Below are positions 27,531-36,830 of a stretch of 51,495 nucleotides of DNA, one piece after another. Positions within the stretch are counted from its first letter, which is position 1; the number at the start of each line of letters is the position of its first letter. The DNA lies in IMG/VR virus record IMGVR_UViG_3300037423_000673, positions 1 to 51,495 of that record; one strand, written 5' to 3'. The translations under genes were made by a program, and so were the position numbers. The notes below the pieces were generated by a model. It made no database searches and was not told where the DNA came from. It saw only the letters and a list, made by a program, of their open reading frames with translations. This DNA is from a virus (Duplodnaviria > Caudoviricetes).

Positions 27531-27728
27531 TTATTGATTCTTTACTATCTGCGCAAAGCTATGTAATGCTTCAATTTCTTCAATTGAAAACCATGCATAG
27601 CTATTTTTTAGCTCAACACAAATCACATCACGTCCATCTCTTTTATCTGCCTTTACTTTTAAGTCAAAGAACCCTTCGATTGTTTCTGATTTTAAGTTGA
27701 TAAATCTTTGATTATTATATATTCCCAT
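27531..27728 (-). CDS. Hypothetical protein
   Basis: RBS AAAGGAGG just after the long junction element. Confidence 0.65.
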   Translation of the reverse strand: MGIYNNQRFINLKSETIEGFFDLKVKADKRDGRDVICVELKNSYAWFSIEEIEALHSFAQIVKNQ

Positions 27729-27750
27729 TTAGATATTCCTCCTTTAAGGT

Positions 27751-27828
27751 AATAAAATTGTCGCTTTATTGGAAATATGTCTTTGAAAAACGAAGCATGA
27801 GTGAGTATGAACGAGATTGAGCGAGTTT
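27751..27828. repeat. Long junction element copy 2
   Basis: TAAAATTGTCGCTTTA core; units aaaacgaagc/atgagtgagt/atgaacgaga/ttgagcgagt. Confidence 0.8.
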
Positions 27829-27832
27829 CTTT

Positions 27833-28186
27833 TTACAATCCTACACTCTCATCAAATTTTTGCCTCAACTGAGCGTCCAACTCATCAATTTTATATTTCT
27901 TATTCAATTCAGCATATTTCTCTTCATCTTTGACAAACCATTCGACACTAGCACCTTTGAAGTTACGGATGGATACAATTCTGTTTTTCTTCGAATCAAC
28001 TACAATGTCAAGATTACCATAACTGTACAAGTCAAACTTTCCTAAGAATAATTCAGGTGATTTAACGGCCAATTTTACGTTTCTTGTTAGTTTGCGCATG
28101 GTCAATGACTGGTCAACATGCTTGTTGTCATTCACTCTAGATTGATAGTAGTTCAAGACTTTAGGTGTGATTTTTAACAACTTCAT
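27833..28186 (-). CDS. Hypothetical protein (possible BECR/RelE-like fold)
   Basis: RBS AAGGAGG; own promoter; fold call is tentative. Confidence 0.6.
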   Translation of the reverse strand: MKLLKITPKVLNYYQSRVNDNKHVDQSLTMRKLTRNVKLAVKSPELFLGKFDLYSYGNLDIVVDSKKNRIVSIRNFKGASVEWFVKDEEKYAELNKKYKIDELDAQLRQKFDESVGL

Positions 28187-28250
28187 ATGTATTCCTCCTT
28201 ATAGTTGGAAGTGATCGGCTTGTTTGCTAATCACTTCCTTATTTAAGACA

Positions 28251-28290
28251 AGTATACTACGTGTTTTATATTTTGTAAATGATTATTTTA
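28251..28290 (-). promoter_or_regulatory. Promoter TTTACA-17-TATACT with conserved operator AAAATAATCATTTACA
   Basis: Motif at 28274-28289. Confidence 0.75.
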
Positions 28291-30025
28291 TTTTTGTATC
28301 TTCTTTTGCTTTTTTCTTTGACTTTCTCTTATTTGGTATCCCCAAGAAGTCATTTAATCTTTTTTGAGCAATTTCAATATAATAGCCTTTATCTAATACT
28401 TCTGGTATTACTGCTGTTTTGACATCCTCATTATTAATGAAACACTTCTCCGGTGTATTTGCAATTTTTTCAATACGTTCTTCTGTTTTCAATTTAAATA
28501 CTCCTTGTGCGTTTTCATCATTGGAAGCAAACACTCTTAGTACCTTTTCACTCAAACGGACATCTCCATGTAGCGCATATTGATATTTATTAGACACTTT
28601 AACAATCTTTTGGAATTCTCGTAATTCGTTACAGTTATTAATTGTATCCTCAATTGAAATTCCTTTTGTAAAGTAATTTATCAAAGCCTTATTGACTATT
28701 GGTAAATCATAATCCAAGTTATTTAGTTTCTTTACATATGCACCCTTAGATTTGTACTTACCATCCTTATCAATGATAATGTAGTTGTTTACATCTTTTT
28801 GATATATCTTTTCAAATACATCCCATTCTAACTCTAATCTAGTTCGTTGTTCCCATTCTTTAGCCACTTCTTTAATCAAATCAATATCTGATTCATTTTC
28901 CACTTTCATGAAAATACCATCTGTGTTAGATTGAATTAATTTGCAATATGGTTCTACTTTTTCAATTAAGTCCAACAATAACAACTGACCAGCAACACAG
29001 ATATTATTAGCATTTAACGGGTCAAACAATGGATTGAATTTATCTTTTTGCGCTCCGAACGTACTATTAAGAACAATTTTATAAGGTGCTTGTCTTGGGT
29101 CTTTTTTCCGTTTTAACTCCAGCCTTGTATCTCTAATTTGTCTATATTTGGATGGATCTTTTACATTCCTACTCAAAAATCCATATTCCAACATAATACT
29201 AGGATACAGAGAAGCTACGTCACAACAAAGAATAATACCTTCATCCTTGTATTTAGGAATAGCAGCATGGAGTCCTCCCCAAGCAAAGATATGTTCTACC
29301 CCTGCAACATCAATTTTTAGACTTTTATCATAGTCCATATTCTCAGGGTCTTTATACCAATCAATAATATGTTTGTATTTTTCAATTCGTAGTGTATCTG
29401 GGAAAATCAAGTCAAATTCATCACCCCTATCTGGATGTTTTTCAGCACCCAATATATGAGCAGACAATTGTGCCTTTGTCTTGTTAAATAGAGGCATCCC
29501 TAAGTTAAATGCCTCAATCAATCCCAATTGACTATCGAATTCTTCTCGTCTATTTTCAAATACTTCTATAGTTTGCATTACGTCATGTTTACAATAATCA
29601 ATTACTTCTTTTATTTCTTGCTCAGTTAATTTCCTGTCAATGTTAAATGAAACAGAACTCTCTTTGATTCTGCTGCCCATAAAACCTTCAAGCTGTTTCA
29701 AACTATGGAATCCAGTTGTAATATCAAAATTATTAAAAGCAATTTTATAAGCATCTCTTATAATATTATGACCTTTTACTCCATCTACAATCAACTTATT
29801 ACTTACGAAATAAGGATTATGTCCTAACAAAATTCCTTTTAATATGTATTGATCATAATTTCTGCTGTTATATCCTACCCATATGTCATCTTTAAATGCT
29901 TCATAATATTTTCTAAGCATTTCTACATCATTTACAATTACTTTACCTTTTTTAGTATCGTAGTCCACGAGTACAAGCAACCAATCATGCACGAAGCATT
30001 CAAAGTCATAGAATATCTTTCTCAT
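28283..30025 (-). CDS. Family B DNA polymerase with 3'-5' exonuclease
   Basis: Exo motifs YDFE, YNSRNYD, YCKHDV; Pol motifs DVASLYPS, KIVLNSTFG, SNTDG. Confidence 0.88.
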   Translation of the reverse strand: MRKIFYDFECFVHDWLLVLVDYDTKKGKVIVNDVEMLRKYYEAFKDDIWVGYNSRNYDQYILKGILLGHNPYFVSNKLIVDGVKGHNIIRDAYKIAFNNFDITTGFHSLKQLEGFMGSRIKESSVSFNIDRKLTEQEIKEVIDYCKHDVMQTIEVFENRREEFDSQLGLIEAFNLGMPLFNKTKAQLSAHILGAEKHPDRGDEFDLIFPDTLRIEKYKHIIDWYKDPENMDYDKSLKIDVAGVEHIFAWGGLHAAIPKYKDEGIILCCDVASLYPSIMLEYGFLSRNVKDPSKYRQIRDTRLELKRKKDPRQAPYKIVLNSTFGAQKDKFNPLFDPLNANNICVAGQLLLLDLIEKVEPYCKLIQSNTDGIFMKVENESDIDLIKEVAKEWEQRTRLELEWDVFEKIYQKDVNNYIIIDKDGKYKSKGAYVKKLNNLDYDLPIVNKALINYFTKGISIEDTINNCNELREFQKIVKVSNKYQYALHGDVRLSEKVLRVFASNDENAQGVFKLKTEERIEKIANTPEKCFINNEDVKTAVIPEVLDKGYYIEIAQKRLNDFLGIPNKRKSKKKAKEDTKIK

Positions 30026-30677
30026 TCTCCATATACCTCTTATTGATAAATTTTTCATTGATTGGGGAAGTCAATGCATATATTACATCCCAACCTCTTT
30101 CCATTCTACAATGTACTGTTTGAGGATTAATAGAATAAATATCACTCCATTCAGTAATTGTTTTTATTTCTCCATCAATTTCAACGTAATGATTATTTCT
30201 TTTATTAAAACCTTGCTCCTTCATTGTTACCCATCTGCAATTTGAAGGCTGATAATTTCCATTAACATCAATTCTATCTAGTGTTAAATCATCTCTGTAT
30301 CCATTTGCCAAAGACCAGTTATAGAAATTCATAAAATCATCAAGCCAATCTTTACAGATGAATATTCCTCTTCCGCCATAGTTCTCATAATGAGTTGCAT
30401 TTTGGTTATAGCATCTTGAAATCATACCATAATAAATTCCATAAATTCTACTATTTTTTAATCCATGTGTTTTATTTTCATTTGTTAATTTCTCACTTTT
30501 GTAACAACCACATGAATGTACTTTTCCACTTCTTAAATCCCCACCAGTGATTTCTTTCTCATTTCCACATTCGCATTTACAAAGGAATAAGACTGCTCCT
30601 CTTTTCCGTCCGATCTCTTTTAATACAGTCAATCTTCCATAAACATTTCCTATTTCATTTTTAGAACTTCTACCCAT
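30006..30677 (-). CDS. Free-standing HNH homing endonuclease-like protein
   Basis: YGRLTV, CKCECG, SCGC, YGGRGI, TLDRIDVNGNY.P.NCRW. Confidence 0.8.
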   Translation of the reverse strand: MGRSSKNEIGNVYGRLTVLKEIGRKRGAVLFLCKCECGNEKEITGGDLRSGKVHSCGCYKSEKLTNENKTHGLKNSRIYGIYYGMISRCYNQNATHYENYGGRGIFICKDWLDDFMNFYNWSLANGYRDDLTLDRIDVNGNYQPSNCRWVTMKEQGFNKRNNHYVEIDGEIKTITEWSDIYSINPQTVHCRMERGWDVIYALTSPINEKFINKRYMENEKDIL

Positions 30678-30685
30678 AATACCTC

Positions 30686-31756
30686 CTAATTAAAAATATC
30701 GAACATATCCGCCTTATCTTTCTTTTCAAATCCATCTGCATTTTGTTCCAAGAATTTTTTATAGTATTTACAAGTCTTTCTATGAGAACATAATACTGAA
30801 CAATAAAAAGAATTTTTCTTATCAATCTCTACAGGTTCCCATTCCGATTCATCATTGATATTTTTATTTTCAATATCGTTTACTGTATTGATAACATAAT
30901 TCTTCAATTCTTCAATTCGTTCATCAGTGATTTCATACTCAACCAAACAATCCTCCAACCAATATTTATCTTGAATTTCTTGAGGCATAGAATTCAGGTT
31001 ATTATCTTTAATTGATTTATCTAGAAGTATTTCTCTTTCAAATTCATTAATATTTAATTTTAATAACTCTGTTTCGAGTTGTGGCTTTATTTCTTTAACC
31101 CATTTTCCACGGTTACACATTTTCTTTTTAATCACTGTCTTCCCATTCCAACAAACGTATATGTATTTAATCATAAACCAAGAAACTTTATCCACTTTAA
31201 AATCCGTACTACTCTCTAAACCAACTTTGTACATTAATAGTTGTCTTCCTGCATCTTGAAGTTTCTTTCCTGTGAATTTACTTGATGTTTTCCAGTCGTA
31301 GATATTGACATATGGTTTACCTTTTTCACTTGGCAAAATAGCATCAATATAACCTTGCATCCAAATTCCATCAGCAATTTCAAATCCAATAAGCTTCTCC
31401 AATAACATTTTACTTTCTATTTTTTTAAATGTATTGATGAAATGGTTAACATCGGCCACCCAACTTTTGCGTATAGTATCATTTGGAAATGTAATACCCA
31501 GTAGGTCTAATTCGGTTAACTTGTTGTAATAGTTATTCTTAAATGTTTCTTCATCCCCCTCTCCAGAATATATCGATTCGATTCCTTTGTGTAACTCAGA
31601 TCCTAAAATGGTGTAACAATTTTCAATCCCTCTGTTTTTTAATATATAAGTATTGTAGTATTCGTATTGACATGAGTGAAATGTTCCTAATTTAGAGAAG
31701 GAGTAAACTTTTACTCCACTCTCTTTTAGTTGGTCTAATTTCTCTTTAATATCCAA
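30686..31756 (-). CDS. PD-(D/E)XK RecB/Cas4-like exonuclease
   Basis: SFSKL...C, GYID, DWKT, QL.MY, C-terminal Cys cluster. Confidence 0.85.
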   Translation of the reverse strand: MDIKEKLDQLKESGVKVYSFSKLGTFHSCQYEYYNTYILKNRGIENCYTILGSELHKGIESIYSGEGDEETFKNNYYNKLTELDLLGITFPNDTIRKSWVADVNHFINTFKKIESKMLLEKLIGFEIADGIWMQGYIDAILPSEKGKPYVNIYDWKTSSKFTGKKLQDAGRQLLMYKVGLESSTDFKVDKVSWFMIKYIYVCWNGKTVIKKKMCNRGKWVKEIKPQLETELLKLNINEFEREILLDKSIKDNNLNSMPQEIQDKYWLEDCLVEYEITDERIEELKNYVINTVNDIENKNINDESEWEPVEIDKKNSFYCSVLCSHRKTCKYYKKFLEQNADGFEKKDKADMFDIFN

Positions 31757-31777
31757 AATATCCTCTCCTTAATTATT

Positions 31778-32563
31778 TTAATCTATTATTTCTACTACAT
31801 AATTAAGTAGTGCGTTATATAATATTTCTGGTATCTTTGACTTGTATTCTTCTGCAACTTGTTTGATATATTTTTCTTTGAATATTTTATAAACCTGAAA
31901 TGCTTCTTCTGGAGTATTATACCGTCCTAGATTTTTTGCTTTTCCATTTCCAATTTTACAATTTGCCCTGTATTTATTCGTTTGTTTTTCGAAATAAACA
32001 CCTATTGGTAGTTCACCTCTAATTGAATCATTTTTTACAAATAATATATTTATTCTTTGAGGTACAAATACGCATGTTTTAGGAGAATAAATCTTATTTC
32101 CTTTAAATAATATATCTTTGTCAAGATTCATTCTTTCTCCTTCAATTTCATAGTAGTTTTCACTATACCATTTAGCGAAGTTTTGAAAATTATGCCATTT
32201 AGTAACAACTTTTGTATTTTTATATGTAGGAAACTTTTCTTTAAACTCCTCATCATAGCATCTGCTCAACATGCTTATCCATATTTGATATTCATTAGTT
32301 TTTATCTTATCTACATTTGGTTTGTAAATCCCTTCTCCAATATAACCTACTCCAAAAACACTTTTATCAAAAACATTCTTAACCTCTCCTCTAACAAAAC
32401 AATCCCAAGTAGTGTGAGTAGTTTCTCCATTTTCAAACTTTACCCAAATATCATTTGCGTTGATATATTCAAATAACTCCATTTCCGTTCCAAATTTATT
32501 TTTACTTGTTATGCCTATTCTTTCTTTCGCCAAATTAACATGTTTTGCACCCATTATCATCAC
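31778..32563 (-). CDS. HNH-like homing endonuclease with AP2 domain
   Basis: W.SMLSRCY, W.NFQNFAKW, LDKDIL, YSPKTC.FVP..IN, LP.GV. Confidence 0.8.
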   Translation of the reverse strand: MMIMGAKHVNLAKERIGITSKNKFGTEMELFEYINANDIWVKFENGETTHTTWDCFVRGEVKNVFDKSVFGVGYIGEGIYKPNVDKIKTNEYQIWISMLSRCYDEEFKEKFPTYKNTKVVTKWHNFQNFAKWYSENYYEIEGERMNLDKDILFKGNKIYSPKTCVFVPQRINILFVKNDSIRGELPIGVYFEKQTNKYRANCKIGNGKAKNLGRYNTPEEAFQVYKIFKEKYIKQVAEEYKSKIPEILYNALLNYVVEIID

Positions 32564-32569
32564 CTCTTT

Positions 32570-33586
32570 TTAAATCCAAATAACGCAGTTTTTAACTATA
32601 TTATTTAATGTTTTTTTATCTAAATCACTCGGAGCAAGTTTAGACCCTCTTGGTAAATATTGATTGTTCTTATCGAATACATAGCCGACATTGTTTTTGT
32701 AATACTTATCGGATTTCAATTGGTTGGCAATATTGTAACTATGTTCTTGGGAAATTCCTTCATCTAACATGATTAATATTGTTTCAGGAAACATTGATTT
32801 AATATGGTTTGCTTGAATTTCACTTAAGAAACATCCACCTAATGACAACCCAACATCAATACCTTTGCTTTTAAGTTGCATTGTGAATTTCTCAGATTCA
32901 CCCAACATTACTATTTTCTTTTCAAGTATTGAATAATAATTTTGCACATATCCATATATAACTTTTGATTTAGGAAATTCGTATATAGGCATCCATTTTA
33001 CATCATTATCCTCTAATTCTTTTTTGTTCAACCTACCCATTATTCCACAAATTTCACCACTAAAACTTCTCCAGGGAACTGTGATTCTTCCCGAAACTGA
33101 ATCATAACCGACATTAAATTCTTGCTGTATTGACGGTAATATACCATCATCAAAGAAAAGTAAATTAGGTGCAATTTCATACTGTAATAAAATTTCATCA
33201 GAATATGTATTTAACTCTACTCCATTATCACTTCTCAACCTGGCAATTTTCTTATAGTAACCTCCAAACGGTGGTATTACTTTTTCTACTTGTTCTGTAT
33301 CTTTGTATTCAATTATGTCAGCGATTAGTTTTAGTGTTTTGGGAAATGTGATATTTAACTTTGCTTGTACAAGTGTAATTAAGTCTCCTTTTCGGTTTGT
33401 TGAATAAGATGTTGCTGCCAGGGTATTCTTATTTACTTTAACTGAAGTAGGATTTCTTCCTTCTTCTCTAGCGCACCGATATTCTTCATTCCTGTACGTG
33501 ATGTTATAGAACCCTGCTTTTTCTAAAATTACTTCTATGTATTCATGATTATTTATGATGTAATTCTTTAGACCATAGACATCCAT
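32570..33586 (-). CDS. DnaG-like primase (SPbeta YorJ-like)
   Basis: RITVPW, GIMGR, TOPRIM ESEK, LDEG; downstream of the helicase. Confidence 0.8.
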   Translation of the reverse strand: MDVYGLKNYIINNHEYIEVILEKAGFYNITYRNEEYRCAREEGRNPTSVKVNKNTLAATSYSTNRKGDLITLVQAKLNITFPKTLKLIADIIEYKDTEQVEKVIPPFGGYYKKIARLRSDNGVELNTYSDEILLQYEIAPNLLFFDDGILPSIQQEFNVGYDSVSGRITVPWRSFSGEICGIMGRLNKKELEDNDVKWMPIYEFPKSKVIYGYVQNYYSILEKKIVMLGESEKFTMQLKSKGIDVGLSLGGCFLSEIQANHIKSMFPETILIMLDEGISQEHSYNIANQLKSDKYYKNNVGYVFDKNNQYLPRGSKLAPSDLDKKTLNNIVKNCVIWI

Positions 33587-33593
33587 ATCGATC

Positions 33594-35060
33594 CTACCTT
33601 TGATGTTTAGGTGTACAATATCCTAACTCTATCCATTTATTCCATGCCCCATCAAACTGATACAATAAAACAATATCTCCTTCGTCATTTCTCGTTTTGT
33701 CTAAGAATATAAGTCTGTATTTCTTATCAGGAGATGTTGTAATTTCTTCTTTTATTTTTGTAAACTTACCATTACTATCTTTTTTATATTTAAATGGCTT
33801 TACGTCATACTTTTCACCTGAAAATTCATCATCCCATAATGGTCTTGTAAGTACTAACTCTGATACTACTTCTTTTACCCCTTTAGCATTGGATAGTGTA
33901 GCTGCTGTCAAATATCTTGTTGTTTCCATGTAAATTGCCAACTGCATGGTGATAATGATTCCAACATTTTCTTTTTCAGCAACTTGTAATAATTGTTTTG
34001 ATGCTTCTATTAATTCACCAGTCACAGTTGCAGAAGCGGCATCTTCTGCTTTAAAAGTATCGTATAAGAAATAGCCAAAACCTTGTTTAGACATTTTTCT
34101 GATGATCTTCTTTACATCGTCAATACTATAATCATAAATCTTAGCGAATTTGATTCTACCTTTATAATGCTTATTGAAATATTCTTTGGCCTCTTTCATT
34201 TTTTGTAACTGTTCTTCGGTGAAATTCCCCATCTTTTGTTTCTTTCTGGGTAGTCCGAAATAATTTAATTTATGACTCAAAATAGTAGCCATAAAAATAT
34301 GTTGCCATGCTTTTTTATTCATTTCGTTTGCAATGATTGTCATACTTTCACCTTGATCTAACACTGGAAGTACATAAGAATTTACACAGAAACTCGTTTT
34401 ACCAGTACCAGAAAAGCCTCCAAAAATTTGCACATTTGCTTTATGTAATCCCAATGTGTGAAAGTTTAATAACGGACAAGCACTTGCATAATTCAAACCC
34501 ATTTCTTCTCCTGCATTACAGGAATCGATGAAATCATCATCAATATCCAAGTCTTCAATCTTAACTCCAGCACCTCTGTTTAAAAATACATTATCAAGTT
34601 GATACTCGAAGTAATTATACAACTGAACACTTGTCATCTTTTTAAATTTATCCAGTTCATTGACAACATTGAAACCTTTATCATTCAACTTCAACAACAT
34701 GTTACTTTTAACTAATTCATCATAATATCTTTCTACGTTGTCTTCGTTAAGTATTCGTTTTATTTCATCTACAGTCCTATAACCACCTCGTCTTTCAAAT
34801 CCATTCTTAAGGACTTCTTTCCCTTCTACATAACTGTAGATACTAGCATCGTCAAAACTTTTATATCCTAACTTATGCATTTCATAACCTAGCGAATAAT
34901 AAAATTTACCATCTTCTGTTAATAAATCTCTATCGGCTCTTATTTCTTTTTCATAATCACCATATAAGTCTGGATTTTTCCATAAACAAAATATGAGATT
35001 AGCCTCTATCATCTCCCTATTCTCAGTTAGTTTTTTATCATAGTTGTCTAAGGATTGCAT
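33594..35060 (-). CDS. DnaB-like replicative helicase (YorI-like)
   Basis: Walker A GFSGTGKT, ANEM, YDTFK, TMQL, DKTR. Confidence 0.88.
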   Translation of the reverse strand: MQSLDNYDKKLTENREMIEANLIFCLWKNPDLYGDYEKEIRADRDLLTEDGKFYYSLGYEMHKLGYKSFDDASIYSYVEGKEVLKNGFERRGGYRTVDEIKRILNEDNVERYYDELVKSNMLLKLNDKGFNVVNELDKFKKMTSVQLYNYFEYQLDNVFLNRGAGVKIEDLDIDDDFIDSCNAGEEMGLNYASACPLLNFHTLGLHKANVQIFGGFSGTGKTSFCVNSYVLPVLDQGESMTIIANEMNKKAWQHIFMATILSHKLNYFGLPRKKQKMGNFTEEQLQKMKEAKEYFNKHYKGRIKFAKIYDYSIDDVKKIIRKMSKQGFGYFLYDTFKAEDAASATVTGELIEASKQLLQVAEKENVGIIITMQLAIYMETTRYLTAATLSNAKGVKEVVSELVLTRPLWDDEFSGEKYDVKPFKYKKDSNGKFTKIKEEITTSPDKKYRLIFLDKTRNDEGDIVLLYQFDGAWNKWIELGYCTPKHQR

Positions 35061-35593
35061 TAAATATCCTCCTCATCCAAAAAGTCCAATATGCTATTGC
35101 CTGTATTTATTTTAACTTTATTTGAATCTATGTCGTTTATTAATAGATCCACGTCACTATTTATTTGTTTCTTTTGTTGTTCTTGTTGAAATTTAACTCT
35201 TTTATATATGTCATTTATGTTACTTTCAATAATTTTCATTATGTAACTTGCCATTCCAAACTCATTGTCAAATGATTTTGCAGTCATCCAATACTGTATA
35301 TCTTGTTTACAAACATTAAAGCATTCTCGGATCACTTCATAATCATAAAATTTATTAAGTTCACTTATTTTTTTAACCATAACTGGCGGTACTATTTGAC
35401 CATCTTCATAATTCAACACGTCTTCCGCAACAAATGTGAGTAATTCTTTTCGTTTTAGCTTATTCTCTACGGATTGATTGTACTCATTTTCACTGCAATA
35501 ATACTTATTTATTCCTTTTTCATTCACTACTTTAAAGAAAACATCAGTGGTTCCTTGTTTTTTACAAATAGCACATATGCATTTTCTCCCCAT
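35060..35593 (-). CDS. Zinc-binding replication protein (YorH-like, possible helicase loader)
   Basis: CAIC...YYC; position before the helicase. Confidence 0.6.
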   Translation of the reverse strand: MGRKCICAICKKQGTTDVFFKVVNEKGINKYYCSENEYNQSVENKLKRKELLTFVAEDVLNYEDGQIVPPVMVKKISELNKFYDYEVIRECFNVCKQDIQYWMTAKSFDNEFGMASYIMKIIESNINDIYKRVKFQQEQQKKQINSDVDLLINDIDSNKVKINTGNSILDFLDEEDI

Positions 35594-35651
35594 ACTTTCA
35601 CCTGCCGATTATAAGGTAATAAGGGGAATGTTTCCACTCCCCTTATTTTAT

Positions 35652-36767
35652 TTACTTCAATAACTCTGCAATTTTCACCAATGCTTCTGTAGGTGTCTCA
35701 TCTGTATCTTTCAATGATTTAATACCATATTCAGACATAATAGCCTTTACTTGTTCTTTTGTATCAGCAGAAGCATTAGGGAAATTTGCTTTAATTGCTT
35801 CTGCTAATTCTTGATTCTTATCTGAATTTACTTTAGTCCGTTTAGTTTCAGTTACAGCCTCGTTAATTGCTTGTTCTTTGGCTGCTTCTTGCTCTTTCTT
35901 TGCTTCTTCAATACTTGCCTTATCTCCACTACGTTCGTGTGCTTTTTTGATTGCATCTTCAATAGCTTCAATGAATTGGTCTACATGCAAATCAATTTGT
36001 GGAGTAATTTCTTGGAAACGAGATTTAGAATCAATATTGAAGTTATCATCACGGAATGTAATGATTCTACTTTCGCTTGTTACCTTTCCAATAATCTTAT
36101 CAGCCCCAACTTTTTGTTTAATGCGCTGTTTTTCAATGGAACGATCTATAGATGCTACGCCAAGAATATGTAATTTAGTTTTAATTGCATTAAAATACCT
36201 ATTAGTTAGGTTTGCAGTTAATGTTTCATATTCTTCTCCAGTAGCCACATCTGTTTGATTTTTACGCTTGGTATGACCAATGATCATCATCGAAATTCCA
36301 ACCTTTTTCAATTCCCAAATCTTTTCTAATACCAATTCAATTGCTTTATCCTCTCCGGCCATAAATCCACCAAACGCTGCTTTGATTGAATTAGTTTTCT
36401 TATCTGGATACGTCTTATTGTGCAGTCTAATTACTTCCGGTTCTGCAATACGGAACAACTCATCAATAGTGTCATAAACCACTACTTTTAAATCCTTATA
36501 ATCTGTAGTTCTATTTTCAACAACATCATCGACAAATTCTTCAAAAGTAGCCCAATCTGGTATATTTTCATACGATGCATTTGGAATCGCATCTACACCG
36601 TCTTCTTTACCAATATTAAGAAGTAAATATCCATCTTCACCTGCTAATTTGTCACAATACTCAACTGCCAACGTTGTTTTACCAATACCAGATTCACCAA
36701 TTAATCCTACGTTATAAGCTAGTGGATCAATCTTAATTACATTCTTTTTGCCAAATTTTCTTGCCAT
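35652..36767 (-). CDS. AAA_24 ATPase (YorG/Sak4-like annealing protein)
   Basis: GESGIGKT, YDTIDEL, IIGH, KSRF. Confidence 0.8.
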   Translation of the reverse strand: MARKFGKKNVIKIDPLAYNVGLIGESGIGKTTLAVEYCDKLAGEDGYLLLNIGKEDGVDAIPNASYENIPDWATFEEFVDDVVENRTTDYKDLKVVVYDTIDELFRIAEPEVIRLHNKTYPDKKTNSIKAAFGGFMAGEDKAIELVLEKIWELKKVGISMMIIGHTKRKNQTDVATGEEYETLTANLTNRYFNAIKTKLHILGVASIDRSIEKQRIKQKVGADKIIGKVTSESRIITFRDDNFNIDSKSRFQEITPQIDLHVDQFIEAIEDAIKKAHERSGDKASIEEAKKEQEAAKEQAINEAVTETKRTKVNSDKNQELAEAIKANFPNASADTKEQVKAIMSEYGIKSLKDTDETPTEALVKIAELLK

Positions 36768-36830
36768 ATATTTATATCATCCTTTTCATTATAATTTTAA
36801 TTTTGTAGAGAGGATTATTCCTCTCTACTT

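Noticed and set aside
30686-31756. Cas4-like nuclease as evidence of CRISPR-Cas
   Set aside because: Solo PD-(D/E)XK nucleases are common in phage replication operons; no array or other cas genes
17544-36830. Short GC-stem hairpins at junctions (17544, 20349, 21325, 35621, 36806) as a repeat family
   Set aside because: No shared sequence beyond purine/pyrimidine stems; best explained as ordinary terminators or mRNA-stabilising hairpins
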